This document shows positions 27,696 to 36,195 of a stretch of DNA of 64,000 bases, piece after piece. The notes under the pieces were generated by a model. The model was not told the DNA's origin. It searched no databases and saw nothing but the letters and a program-made list of their open reading frames with translations. The first letter of the stretch is position 1. Each line of letters opens with the position of its first letter. The translations under genes and the position numbers were made by a program. The stretch comes from Candidatus Yanofskybacteria bacterium RIFCSPHIGHO2_02_FULL_43_17 (GTDB lineage: Bacteria; Patescibacteriota; Minisyncoccia; 2-02-FULL-40-12; GWA2-44-9): positions 90,256 to 154,255 of the forward strand of contig MGJU01000013.1 of the NCBI GenBank assembly GCA_001794435.1, read 5' to 3'.

Positions 27696-27976
27696 CCCGT
27701 ACGAGACAGGAAACGCCTCAACCTACTTTTCAGGTAGCGTTTGCCTGTGCCTGATTTAAGATATTTTTCTCTTTGACGAGCATCATTCTCATTTCGACAC
27801 GCTTCATAATAAATGAGCTCGTATGGACCTCTATATTTTGTATATGTAGATTTCTTGTCATTGTGTTCTTTGAGACGTTTCCGTAAATCATAAGTAAAAC
27901 CCGTATAAAAATAGTTTTCTTTATTCCTTAATACATATGTATAATATATGCTTTTGCTGTCTCGTTCGGGATTCAT
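27692..27976 (-). CDS. small GIY-YIG nuclease-domain protein (YhbQ-like)
   Basis: YYTYVLRNKENYFYTGFTYDLRKRLKEHN… canonical GIY-YIG. 94 aa. Its stop overlaps the NeuC-like start by 4 nt. Confidence 0.8.
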   Translation of the reverse strand: MNPERDSKSIYYTYVLRNKENYFYTGFTYDLRKRLKEHNDKKSTYTKYRGPYELIYYEACRNENDARQREKYLKSGTGKRYLKSRLRRFLSRTG

Positions 27977-27978
27977 AG

Positions 27979-28004
27979 GAAAAATCGCCTTAAGGCGATT
28001 TTTA
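27979..28004 (-). terminator. perfect hairpin AAAAATCGCC-TTAA-GGCGATTTTT between the NeuB-like and GIY-YIG genes (terminator or 5'-UTR structure)
   Basis: 10-bp perfect stem with A/T-rich flanks. It lies 43 nt downstream of the NeuB-like stop and 3 nt upstream of the GIY-YIG ATG. Confidence 0.45.
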
Positions 28005-28045
28005 AACTAACACTATTTATTATACTTGACAATCTTTACAAATTA

Positions 28046-29101
28046 TCATTTTGTGTCGCTTTTTTTGATAAGTGAATCAGCGGTAATATTCCTGGCGGCA
28101 ATACGGCCAACGATCTTATCAAATGCCTTGGGCGGCAGTCCGGTGCCGGGTCGTTTAAGATCAATATTTTTCCGAGAAAATTTTTCACCCCTCTTTATGT
28201 CTTTTGTGGCAACAATGCTCCTTCTCACCATCGGTATATACTGCAATTCATTTGGGCCCGGCTTTTTAACAGCAGAGCCCATAATCATCCCTGCTTTTCT
28301 TATTTCTTCCACGGTTTGCTTAAACAGAGCCGGATTTGCTGAAGCAGCGTGGTCTGGACCTGGAAGATTATTGTCCAGAGTAAGATGCTTCTCAATTACG
28401 CAAGCACCCAAAGCTGTCGCCATAACCGATACTTGCGAACCAAGGGTATGGTCGGAATAACCGACAAGACAAGGCAATTCTTTCATCATTGTTTGCATCG
28501 CCCTCAAATTCACTTCTTCCGGTCCGCAAGGATAATTTGTCGTACAGTGAAGAGCTATGACTTGTTCGTTCCCGGCTTTATAAATTGTTCTGACGGCCTC
28601 CTTAACTTCTGCCGTTGTGGCCATGCCTGTCCCAAGAATTATTGGCTTGCCCAATTTTGCAGCATAAGCCAAAAGCGGTAGATTGGTTAGGTCACCCGAA
28701 CCAAACTTGAATGCCGGAACACCTAGTCCTTCAAGAAGGTCTACTGAGGCAAAACTGCCGTGAGGTGTGGAGAAAAATATAATTCCTCTCTTTTTGGCAT
28801 GGGCAATTAGTTTGGGATACCAGTCATCAGGCGGAAGAAGTTTGCGAACCATCTCAAGCTGACTTTCAGATTTGCCGATATTTTTCTTCTGATACTCGGC
28901 CATCTCACCAGTTGCCGTTACCACTTGTTCAGCGTGAGCGGTCTGGAATTTTACCGCATCAGCTCCGGCATCAGCCGCCGCGTCAATCAATTTTAAGGCC
29001 AAATCAAGTTTTTGGTTATGATTAACCCCCGCTTCAGCAATTACAAAAACCGGCTGATCATAGCCAAGCTGGTGATCTCTTATTTTTATAATCTTTGTCA
29101 T
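28046..29101 (-). CDS. N-acetylneuraminate-synthase-family nonulosonic acid synthase (NeuB/LegI/PseI-like)
   Basis: …VFVIAEAGVNHNQKLDLALKLIDAAADAGADAVKFQT… plus a C-terminal SAF-like domain. 351 aa. Confidence 0.85.
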   Translation of the reverse strand: MTKIIKIRDHQLGYDQPVFVIAEAGVNHNQKLDLALKLIDAAADAGADAVKFQTAHAEQVVTATGEMAEYQKKNIGKSESQLEMVRKLLPPDDWYPKLIAHAKKRGIIFFSTPHGSFASVDLLEGLGVPAFKFGSGDLTNLPLLAYAAKLGKPIILGTGMATTAEVKEAVRTIYKAGNEQVIALHCTTNYPCGPEEVNLRAMQTMMKELPCLVGYSDHTLGSQVSVMATALGACVIEKHLTLDNNLPGPDHAASANPALFKQTVEEIRKAGMIMGSAVKKPGPNELQYIPMVRRSIVATKDIKRGEKFSRKNIDLKRPGTGLPPKAFDKIVGRIAARNITADSLIKKSDTK

Positions 29102-29580
29102 AATCCCTTTATTTTTTTAATTATGTTAGTTGTAGAGATGTTTTCATAACTCTTGGGGCATTTTCTGCCTAGGACAACGAATTTTACTTTGTATTTATCG
29201 GCGATATTTTTTCTTTCCGGAATTAAACTGGCATCAGAATTTACAACATAAAAATCAGGTTTTAATTTTAAAAACACCCTCTCCAGAGAATCAAATAAAT
29301 GTCCGGCTGTTTCCAAAAACACATAATCAATAATTTTAAGAGAGTCCAGCATTTTAAGCCGCATCACTTCGTTTATGATGGGATTTTTGTTTTTATAGCT
29401 TCCGACTATTTTATTGCCGCCGAGTCCAACAACCAAAATATCGCCGCGATTTTTACAATCCTCCAGAAATAAAATATGGCCGGCGTGCAGCAAGTCGAAT
29501 GTTCCCGAGCAAAAAACCATCTTCTCGTTTTTATGCTTTTCCCTTATGTCTTCAAAATCTTTAAGTTTGATAATGGCCAT
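29098..29580 (-). CDS. cytidylyltransferase-like nucleotidyltransferase (HldE domain II / TagD-like)
   Basis: CSGTFDLLHAGHILFLE (HxGH motif). 160 aa. Confidence 0.6.
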   Translation of the reverse strand: MAIIKLKDFEDIREKHKNEKMVFCSGTFDLLHAGHILFLEDCKNRGDILVVGLGGNKIVGSYKNKNPIINEVMRLKMLDSLKIIDYVFLETAGHLFDSLERVFLKLKPDFYVVNSDASLIPERKNIADKYKVKFVVLGRKCPKSYENISTTNIIKKIKGL

Positions 29581-29694
29581 GATTTTATTTACCCATAGAA
29601 TACAATGGATTTTGAATTATCTCAAGAATGCTAATCCGAATGAGAACCGTGCTCTCCTAGACAAGACAAAGGCCGCTATGAAGCGGCTTTTGTC

Positions 29695-30975
29695 TTAAGG
29701 GTTCTTAGGGGTCTCGCCATATACGCTTTTGTTGGAAACAACAAAGCGAAGCTTCCATTTGCCTTTTTCTTTTTTCCAGATATGCGGCTGGCGGTATTGG
29801 TCAATAATTTGCCAAAAATGTTTCTCTGTCATTCCCAAGTAGGTCAGGAAGTCGTTGAAATATGTGGCCGGAAATTCATGATCGTATCTTTGCACTAACG
29901 CAACGGCTTCTTCTCTGGTAATATGCCCGCAACGCACATCGCTGCACGCCTCACGAGTAGCACGTCCCTGGCCGAACTTAATAAACGCAAGAAGCCAGTG
30001 AAACGGATCAAGGCGATCGTCTATGCTGAATGCTTTTGAATAAGTGGCATCGGTGCGTTTTGTATTTGCTTCAAAACCGGTATTTTTGGCGGCATAATAA
30101 TAATTTTCCTGCGGAACCCACGGCTTATAATATGACCACCAGTGCATTTGAAGGCCTAGCCGTTTTACGTCTTTCTTGGCAGGCGCCTTATAAAATTCAA
30201 AATTATGATTCGCCATTTCTTCTTTTGACAATATGCCCATTTTATAAGCTTTTTGAATTATTTCATTGACACCGGCGCCTTTAAGATACAGTTCATCCCA
30301 ATCATCGGGTGATTCGTGGGGCTTACTGGCGTTCTTAAACGACCCTCCATATTCAACCTCTCCATTCTCGCCATAAAATATAAGCGGGATTTTAAATCTT
30401 AAAGCCAATTGAAAAGGCATAGCTTTCTGGCCCCAGACAAACGGTTCAAACGGATCGCCTTTTAATTCAAAGGCAACGCGCGATAATTTGCGATGAAGCA
30501 TTCCGTTAGGCCACATAGTAATTCCGTCAAAACCGTGCTGGATCATATTGTTAAAATTCTGAAAGCCGATATCCGTATAGATAAACGGCGCCCAAGTAAC
30601 CTGCAACGGATGCATGCCGTATTTGTGCTTAAGTTGATGGATAACCAAGGCGCTGTCTTTACCGGCGCTGCCAGGCACAAGCACGTCAAAACTTCCATCT
30701 TTTGAACGGTGTTTGTCGAGAAGCTTCACCAGTTCTTTTTCCCTTTTATCCCAATCGACACCGTCGCCAAACTTTTTTTCAGCCCACCGACAGGCATTGC
30801 ATACGCCTTCTTTGTCAAATTCTGTGCGCGGGCGCTGGTTAGAAACCACGCATCTCGAGCAAAACTGGATTTTCTTGGGCAAAATCGCAAGCTGACGATC
30901 AACGGTTTGAAACGGATACTTCTTATACTTGCCCTCGTCAATTTTAAGTTTTGGAAATTTTAGATTTAACTGCAT
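29695..30975 (-). CDS. N-acetyl sugar amidotransferase (WbuX/PseA-like, PP-loop ATPase family)
   Basis: N-terminal Cys cluster CSRCVVSNQRP…GVCNACR and the SGGKDS-like motif VPGSAGKDS, characteristic of the LPS-locus amidotransferase family that partners with HisH/HisF homologues. Confidence 0.65.
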   Translation of the reverse strand: MQLNLKFPKLKIDEGKYKKYPFQTVDRQLAILPKKIQFCSRCVVSNQRPRTEFDKEGVCNACRWAEKKFGDGVDWDKREKELVKLLDKHRSKDGSFDVLVPGSAGKDSALVIHQLKHKYGMHPLQVTWAPFIYTDIGFQNFNNMIQHGFDGITMWPNGMLHRKLSRVAFELKGDPFEPFVWGQKAMPFQLALRFKIPLIFYGENGEVEYGGSFKNASKPHESPDDWDELYLKGAGVNEIIQKAYKMGILSKEEMANHNFEFYKAPAKKDVKRLGLQMHWWSYYKPWVPQENYYYAAKNTGFEANTKRTDATYSKAFSIDDRLDPFHWLLAFIKFGQGRATREACSDVRCGHITREEAVALVQRYDHEFPATYFNDFLTYLGMTEKHFWQIIDQYRQPHIWKKEKGKWKLRFVVSNKSVYGETPKNP

Positions 30976-30993
30976 AGTATATTAGCGTCGTGG

Positions 30994-32589
30994 TTATATT
31001 TTTGCTATTTTACAAAACTGTTTCAAAATATTCAACCCCACTTCACCGCTTTTTTCAGGATGAAATTGAGTGCCCATAATGTTTTCTTTTTGAACAACCG
31101 CGCAGAATTTTTGACCGCCGTATTCAGCATTAGCAAGTATTATAGATCTGTCTTTAGGTTGAGAAAAAAAAGAATGGACAAAATATACATCAGCCGGAGT
31201 TTTTATTCCAGACAAAAGTGTTGTTTTATTTCTCCTGACAGCTGATATTTTTGTCCACCCGATATGAGGCAATTTATAATCGGGCAGTTTTATTTTGTTA
31301 ACCGGCTTAAATGATACAACATTTCCCTCTATCAAATCAAGGCCCTTGTTCCTTCCAAACTCTTCACTTTCAAAGAACAACATCTGCATTCCCAGACAAA
31401 GGCCTAAAATTGGCTTGCCCCGCATTACTTGTCTTTTAATTGATTCTATCAGACCGGCTTTTTTTAAGGCCTTCATTCCTTCCCCAAAAGCGCCCACGCC
31501 CGGCAAAACCAGCGTTTTCACTTCATCAAATTCTTCGGGTGTTTCAACAATGGCAACCTTTTTTCCCAATTTTTGAAAAGCCCTAAGCACACTCCTGACA
31601 TTATTAATTTTATAATCAATAACACCTAGGTCAGCCGAACCTTTTGGGTATTCCTCCTTAAATCTCGCGGGGGCGTCTTCGGTTCTGATTTTATTGGCAG
31701 CCAAACCAGTAACTCCGGTGAGATGACGCATTGTGTATTTATTGTAGTTTTTTATATCATATTTCTGGCCTGTTTTGTTTTGTTTTGTTGAAAAATTAAC
31801 GGTCTGACGCACAGCGATTTTTTCTTTTTTTAACTCGCTTTTAATATCGGCCATCCCAAATTTGCGGTAATGCAAAATACTTCCAACGGCAACAGCGTCA
31901 ACATTTGTTTTTTTGACGCATTCTACAACATCTTGAGGAGAACCGGCTCCGCCAGAAGCAATAACTGGTATGGAAACTGCTTCGGTTACTTTTTTAATTA
32001 GTTCATTATCTAAACCGTTCTCCATTCCGTCTCTGTCCACGGCAGTTAAAAGAATTTCTCCAGCACCTAATTTCTCGCCCTGTTTAGCCCATTTAATAAC
32101 GTCCAGCCCTGTCCTCTGTCGCCCGTTATCGACATAAGCTTCCCACCTGCCCGGCGCGACTTGCTTTGCTTCAATAGACAAGACAATGCACTGGGAACCG
32201 AAGATTTTAGCGGCTTGACGGATCAGCTCCGGATTCTTTGTGGCGGCAGTATTTACAGCAACCTTCTCCGCCCCCGCCGAAAGAAGTGAGCGGATATCGT
32301 TAATGTTACGCACCCCTCCGCCGGCAATAAAAGGAATGAAAATATTTTCCGACGCCTGTTTTACAATATTCAGTAAATTGTCGCGCCGATATAAACTGGC
32401 GACAGTATCAAGATAGATTAACTCATCAGCCCCCTGCTGATAATATTCTTGCGCCAAATCGTCGGGTTTGCCCATAACCCGCAAACATTCAAGTTGTATG
32501 CCCTTAATGACATTCGGTCCTTTGATATCGAGACGTGCAATAATACGTTTTTTCATCCCGTACGAAGTAGCTGCGCTGCAGTTATACAC
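30994..32589 (-). CDS. fused imidazole-glycerol-phosphate-synthase-like protein, HisF-like cyclase (N-terminal) joined to a HisH-like glutamine amidotransferase (C-terminal)
   Basis: N-terminus ARLDIKGPNVIKG…GADELIYLD (HisF barrel). C-terminus LVLPGVGAFG…GLCLGMQMLF…H (class I GATase with its Cys and His). Confidence 0.8.
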   Translation of the reverse strand: MYNCSAATSYGMKKRIIARLDIKGPNVIKGIQLECLRVMGKPDDLAQEYYQQGADELIYLDTVASLYRRDNLLNIVKQASENIFIPFIAGGGVRNINDIRSLLSAGAEKVAVNTAATKNPELIRQAAKIFGSQCIVLSIEAKQVAPGRWEAYVDNGRQRTGLDVIKWAKQGEKLGAGEILLTAVDRDGMENGLDNELIKKVTEAVSIPVIASGGAGSPQDVVECVKKTNVDAVAVGSILHYRKFGMADIKSELKKEKIAVRQTVNFSTKQNKTGQKYDIKNYNKYTMRHLTGVTGLAANKIRTEDAPARFKEEYPKGSADLGVIDYKINNVRSVLRAFQKLGKKVAIVETPEEFDEVKTLVLPGVGAFGEGMKALKKAGLIESIKRQVMRGKPILGLCLGMQMLFFESEEFGRNKGLDLIEGNVVSFKPVNKIKLPDYKLPHIGWTKISAVRRNKTTLLSGIKTPADVYFVHSFFSQPKDRSIILANAEYGGQKFCAVVQKENIMGTQFHPEKSGEVGLNILKQFCKIAKI

Positions 32590-32654
32590 ATAAGTTATGT
32601 CTGCAAAACAAGCTACTAAATTAATTACAACTTTGACTCCCGAACCTGTTAAGG

Positions 32655-33410
32655 CTACTTCGTTCGGGATTTATCTGACATAATCGCCTCGGCTATCTTA
32701 AAGTCGACTGCTTCATCTATATCAACCGACCTTTCTTTGGGCATTATTATGGCCGTAGAATTTTTATCTAAAATATGATTTTTATCCATTAGAGTATCTC
32801 TCCTAATTACATACACGGCGCCGTTGATTATAAACAACCTTTTGAGATCCTGGCTTCTTCTTGTTTCTTCCAGTTTGGTTTTAATAAGTGGCATGATTTT
32901 TTGACCACTAAATACTTGCATCCATTCAGGTCTTTCACTTACCTCACTAACACTGATACAAGAGTTAGAGTTTGTTCTGACAAGCTTTTCTATCGCCAAG
33001 TCAATGTCTTCACTCAAAACCAAAGGCGAAGTAGGTTGCATCAAAACGATCAAATCAATCTTTTTATTAACATCGTTTTCTTCAACATATTTCACGGCAT
33101 GCTGAACTACTGGCAACGTAAGCGCTGTATCGGTTGCCAATTTTGCCGGACGCAAAAACGGCACTTCGGCGCCGTGTTTTTTTGCAACCTTGGCAATTCG
33201 TAGATCGTCTGTAGAAACTAAAACCCAATCAATGTGTTTTGATTTTTTGGCCGCTTCAATAGCATAAGCAATCAACGGCTTGCCAAGCAGTTTTTTTATA
33301 TTCTTGCCTGGCAATCTTTTTGACCCGCCCCGAGCTGGTATAACGGCTAAAATCCTGAGTTTTTTATACATTTCGTGTTTGACAATAACATAATTGTTGT
33401 TTTTATTCAA
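32655..33410 (-). CDS. acylneuraminate cytidylyltransferase family (CMP-nonulosonic acid synthetase, NeuA/LegF/PseF-like)
   Basis: ILAVIPARGGSKRLPGKNIKKLLGKPLIAYAIEAA…. Confidence 0.8.
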   Translation of the reverse strand: MNKNNNYVIVKHEMYKKLRILAVIPARGGSKRLPGKNIKKLLGKPLIAYAIEAAKKSKHIDWVLVSTDDLRIAKVAKKHGAEVPFLRPAKLATDTALTLPVVQHAVKYVEENDVNKKIDLIVLMQPTSPLVLSEDIDLAIEKLVRTNSNSCISVSEVSERPEWMQVFSGQKIMPLIKTKLEETRRSQDLKRLFIINGAVYVIRRDTLMDKNHILDKNSTAIIMPKERSVDIDEAVDFKIAEAIMSDKSRTK

Positions 33411-33412
33411 TA

Positions 33413-33442
33413 AGAAAATCGGGCCTTTCTGCCCGATTTTAA
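33413..33442 (-). terminator. rho-independent terminator AAAATCGGGC-CTTTCT-GCCCGATTTT
   Basis: 10-bp stem followed by a T-run on the minus strand, downstream of the radical-SAM gene. Confidence 0.55.
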
Positions 33443-33455
33443 ATAATTACAGTCA

Positions 33456-35009
33456 TTATGCTTTGGGGGTCAAAGAACGAACAGTGTTGACTATGTCTGG
33501 TTTGTTCAAAAATTCCCACGCCTTTATTTGAATAAACTCCAGTATCCATGGCTCAATTATCGTCTTCATTGACGGCTTCATCCAGGTCATATCCGCAAGT
33601 TCAAGCCCCGGAAGCAATAAATCATTTTCAACGACATGATCATATAACGCAGTACCGGGAAATGGCGTAACCATAGTAAAGTTAACACATCGAGAGCCGG
33701 CATCCATATGCTTCTTAGCCAACACCAGTGTTTGCATTAACTCTTCATAGGTTTCATCCGGATAACCAATGAGATAGCAGCTAGCCACCTCGATGCCCAC
33801 CGAATTAGCTTTCTTAATCAGGGCTGATATGTCATAAATATCATGATGAACTTTTCCGGAAGCCCATTTGTCAATGATCCGTTGCGAACCTGACTCAACG
33901 GGAAATAATAACTTATCGAAACCAGCTTCAGCCATTGTTTCAAGCATTTCGTCGTCAGGCACCAGCCGTCCACCTTCATTTTTATGCAAGTGAGACAAGT
34001 TTACGCCATTAACGTCGCCAAGTTTAAAACCAAACTTAATAAGCATTCTGAAAATTTGCAACGCCCGCTTCTTTTTAGCTAGTAGCGAATCATCTTCAAT
34101 AAAAACATACTCTACTCCAAGCCCCTTAAGACGCACCATCTCTTTTTCTACTCGTTCTTCGGATTTATATCTGAATTTGCCTAGATATCCAGTATCTGAG
34201 TTTTGGCCTTCTCCGGAAATATGACAAAACTTGCAGGTATATGGACAGCCACGCGATGTCATTGCCGGCGCATAAGCCGGCGGTATATCAAAAGAGAGCC
34301 CACTACTATGCGGTCTGTTAATTTCCCAATAGCGTTGAAGTTGAAGCATGTCCCAAGCCGGAATTGGCAATTTATCAAGATCTGGTTCAATCGGCCCCAT
34401 GGGATTAATCTGAATTCTGTCGCCATTCCTGAAAGCAATTCCAGGCAAACCAGAAAAATCCATACTGTCTTTGCGTATAATTTTGCCGATTTCAGTTATA
34501 GTCTGCTCTGCTTCTGAAATACAAATAAGATGGGCGCCAGCATCAAAAAATCTCGCCATCTGCGACCTTGCATTAATACCGCCAAGTACTATCAATTTTT
34601 CAGGATAGGTTTGTGAAATAGACCTTACCGTCTCTTCAACCATTCTGGTTTGCGGGGTAAAAATCGAACTGATGCCGATAATATCGTAGCCGCTTACCTC
34701 CTGAAGAATGTCTTGCAGGGACATGCCAACCCTCATCATGCCATCATTCAGCTGAACTTGCCTAAAAAAACTCTGTTCAAGAGAATATTTTTCATTGCCG
34801 ACACAGCAATCCAAAACCCTCACTTCAAATTCGGCATCCCTAAGAGCGCCGGCAATATACAAAAGACCAAGCGATCCTTCCGGCTTAACACCAGATTTAG
34901 CGTCAAACCGCTGCGGAGGATACAACAATAAAAACCTCGGCTCTCTGTTTATTCTGAAACTTGATAACTTATCCGATTTCTTGAGTCCTCCAACTTGAAT
35001 CAATCCCAC
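33456..35009 (-). CDS. B12-binding-domain radical SAM enzyme (class B radical SAM, methyltransferase-like)
   Basis: N-terminal B12-binding-like Rossmann region, then the CxxxCxxC motif SRGCPYTCKFC. 517 aa. Confidence 0.7.
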   Translation of the reverse strand: MGLIQVGGLKKSDKLSSFRINREPRFLLLYPPQRFDAKSGVKPEGSLGLLYIAGALRDAEFEVRVLDCCVGNEKYSLEQSFFRQVQLNDGMMRVGMSLQDILQEVSGYDIIGISSIFTPQTRMVEETVRSISQTYPEKLIVLGGINARSQMARFFDAGAHLICISEAEQTITEIGKIIRKDSMDFSGLPGIAFRNGDRIQINPMGPIEPDLDKLPIPAWDMLQLQRYWEINRPHSSGLSFDIPPAYAPAMTSRGCPYTCKFCHISGEGQNSDTGYLGKFRYKSEERVEKEMVRLKGLGVEYVFIEDDSLLAKKKRALQIFRMLIKFGFKLGDVNGVNLSHLHKNEGGRLVPDDEMLETMAEAGFDKLLFPVESGSQRIIDKWASGKVHHDIYDISALIKKANSVGIEVASCYLIGYPDETYEELMQTLVLAKKHMDAGSRCVNFTMVTPFPGTALYDHVVENDLLLPGLELADMTWMKPSMKTIIEPWILEFIQIKAWEFLNKPDIVNTVRSLTPKA

Positions 35010-35079
35010 ATGAAACCTCCTATTTTAAGGTACAAGAAGATGTTTTTTAAGATAGCATTTATCAGAAAAGGAATCAAAG

Positions 35080-36195
35080 CTATTGTTTTTGCCGCCTAGT
35101 GTGATTCAAAACCACGTCTTTTAGTGTTTGAAGGTCATCATTATATTGTGCCAAATCGGTTCCAGAAAAATCGCCGGCTTTTCCGCCCCTTTTTACCGGC
35201 ACAAAAGTTCTATAAATTTTTTTTAGCATATTATAAGTCCAAGGCGGAGCATTTTTGTCCTTCAAAAAATTAGACGTATTTAAAACAAGATGACGAAATC
35301 GATCCGGCGGCAGACCAATTTTTAAAGAAGCGTTAAATCCTTCGTTAACAATGATCCCAGCTTCTCTTTGCGACAAACCAGGCTGGGCTTCCAACAGACT
35401 CATTACAATACACTCTTTAAACTCAACGCTCTCCCCCTCAAGCCGGCCATCTTTAGCGTAATCTCTTATCAACGGCCACTTGATATGCTGGCCCTGATAA
35501 GTTGCGTGCTCACGCCTTGCGGAATAAAAAACATCGAGATCTTTTATTTTTCCGGCAATCGACACCAGCATTGCAGATAAAAGCTCACTGAATAACAAGA
35601 CCTTAACTTCGGTATCCAGGTTCGCCATAATTTCTCTATAAATATTTTTTAACACGCCTGTCCTATGAACGGCGTAGAGGGTTTGTTTATAATTTAAAAA
35701 CTGGTCAGTTAACCTTTCGCTGGGCAAATTTGCTTTTATTGAATGATCCGAATAAATCGGCTGCCAATAAAATTCTTCATGATTATTGGAGAAACTTGAT
35801 TTTGTATAAAACGAAATATAGTTGCCGTGGGCAGCTACAAAATCCTTATTATTTTTTAAAAATTCGACCGCCTTCTCAAGTCCGCTGGCAGTAATAAAAT
35901 CGTCGTCGGCGCAACAAACACAAAATTCCGTCTCAACACTATCTAATGCCTCAGCTATTTTGTGAAAAAGAGTTCGATTCGTACCCTGAATTGGAATATG
36001 AGCAACATTAACATCATTGAATTTTTTGATGACATCTCCGTTTTGATTTAAATTTTCCGGCGAACTTGAATCGGCTACAATGATCCGAGGCTTTATACGA
36101 TCTTTAAAATAACGATAATATTCTAAAATCTGAGGCAAAAACAAGATTCTATTATGAACCGGAATAATGATTGTAACGTCTGAAGAGATGCTCAT
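35080..36195 (-). CDS. putative family 2 glycosyltransferase
   Basis: VTIIIPVHNR… N-terminal GT-A motif and CADDDFI (DxD-like). Confidence 0.45.
   Translation of the reverse strand: MSISSDVTIIIPVHNRILFLPQILEYYRYFKDRIKPRIIVADSSSPENLNQNGDVIKKFNDVNVAHIPIQGTNRTLFHKIAEALDSVETEFCVCCADDDFITASGLEKAVEFLKNNKDFVAAHGNYISFYTKSSFSNNHEEFYWQPIYSDHSIKANLPSERLTDQFLNYKQTLYAVHRTGVLKNIYREIMANLDTEVKVLLFSELLSAMLVSIAGKIKDLDVFYSARREHATYQGQHIKWPLIRDYAKDGRLEGESVEFKECIVMSLLEAQPGLSQREAGIIVNEGFNASLKIGLPPDRFRHLVLNTSNFLKDKNAPPWTYNMLKKIYRTFVPVKRGGKAGDFSGTDLAQYNDDLQTLKDVVLNHTRRQKQ

Noticed and set aside
27692-27976. GIY-YIG gene as a homing endonuclease or mobile element
   Set aside because: It is only 94 aa with no appended DNA-binding domain, no intron or intein context and no flanking repeats. 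It is more consistent with the small YhbQ-like stand-alone GIY-YIG family, so I report it as a CDS, not a mobile element.
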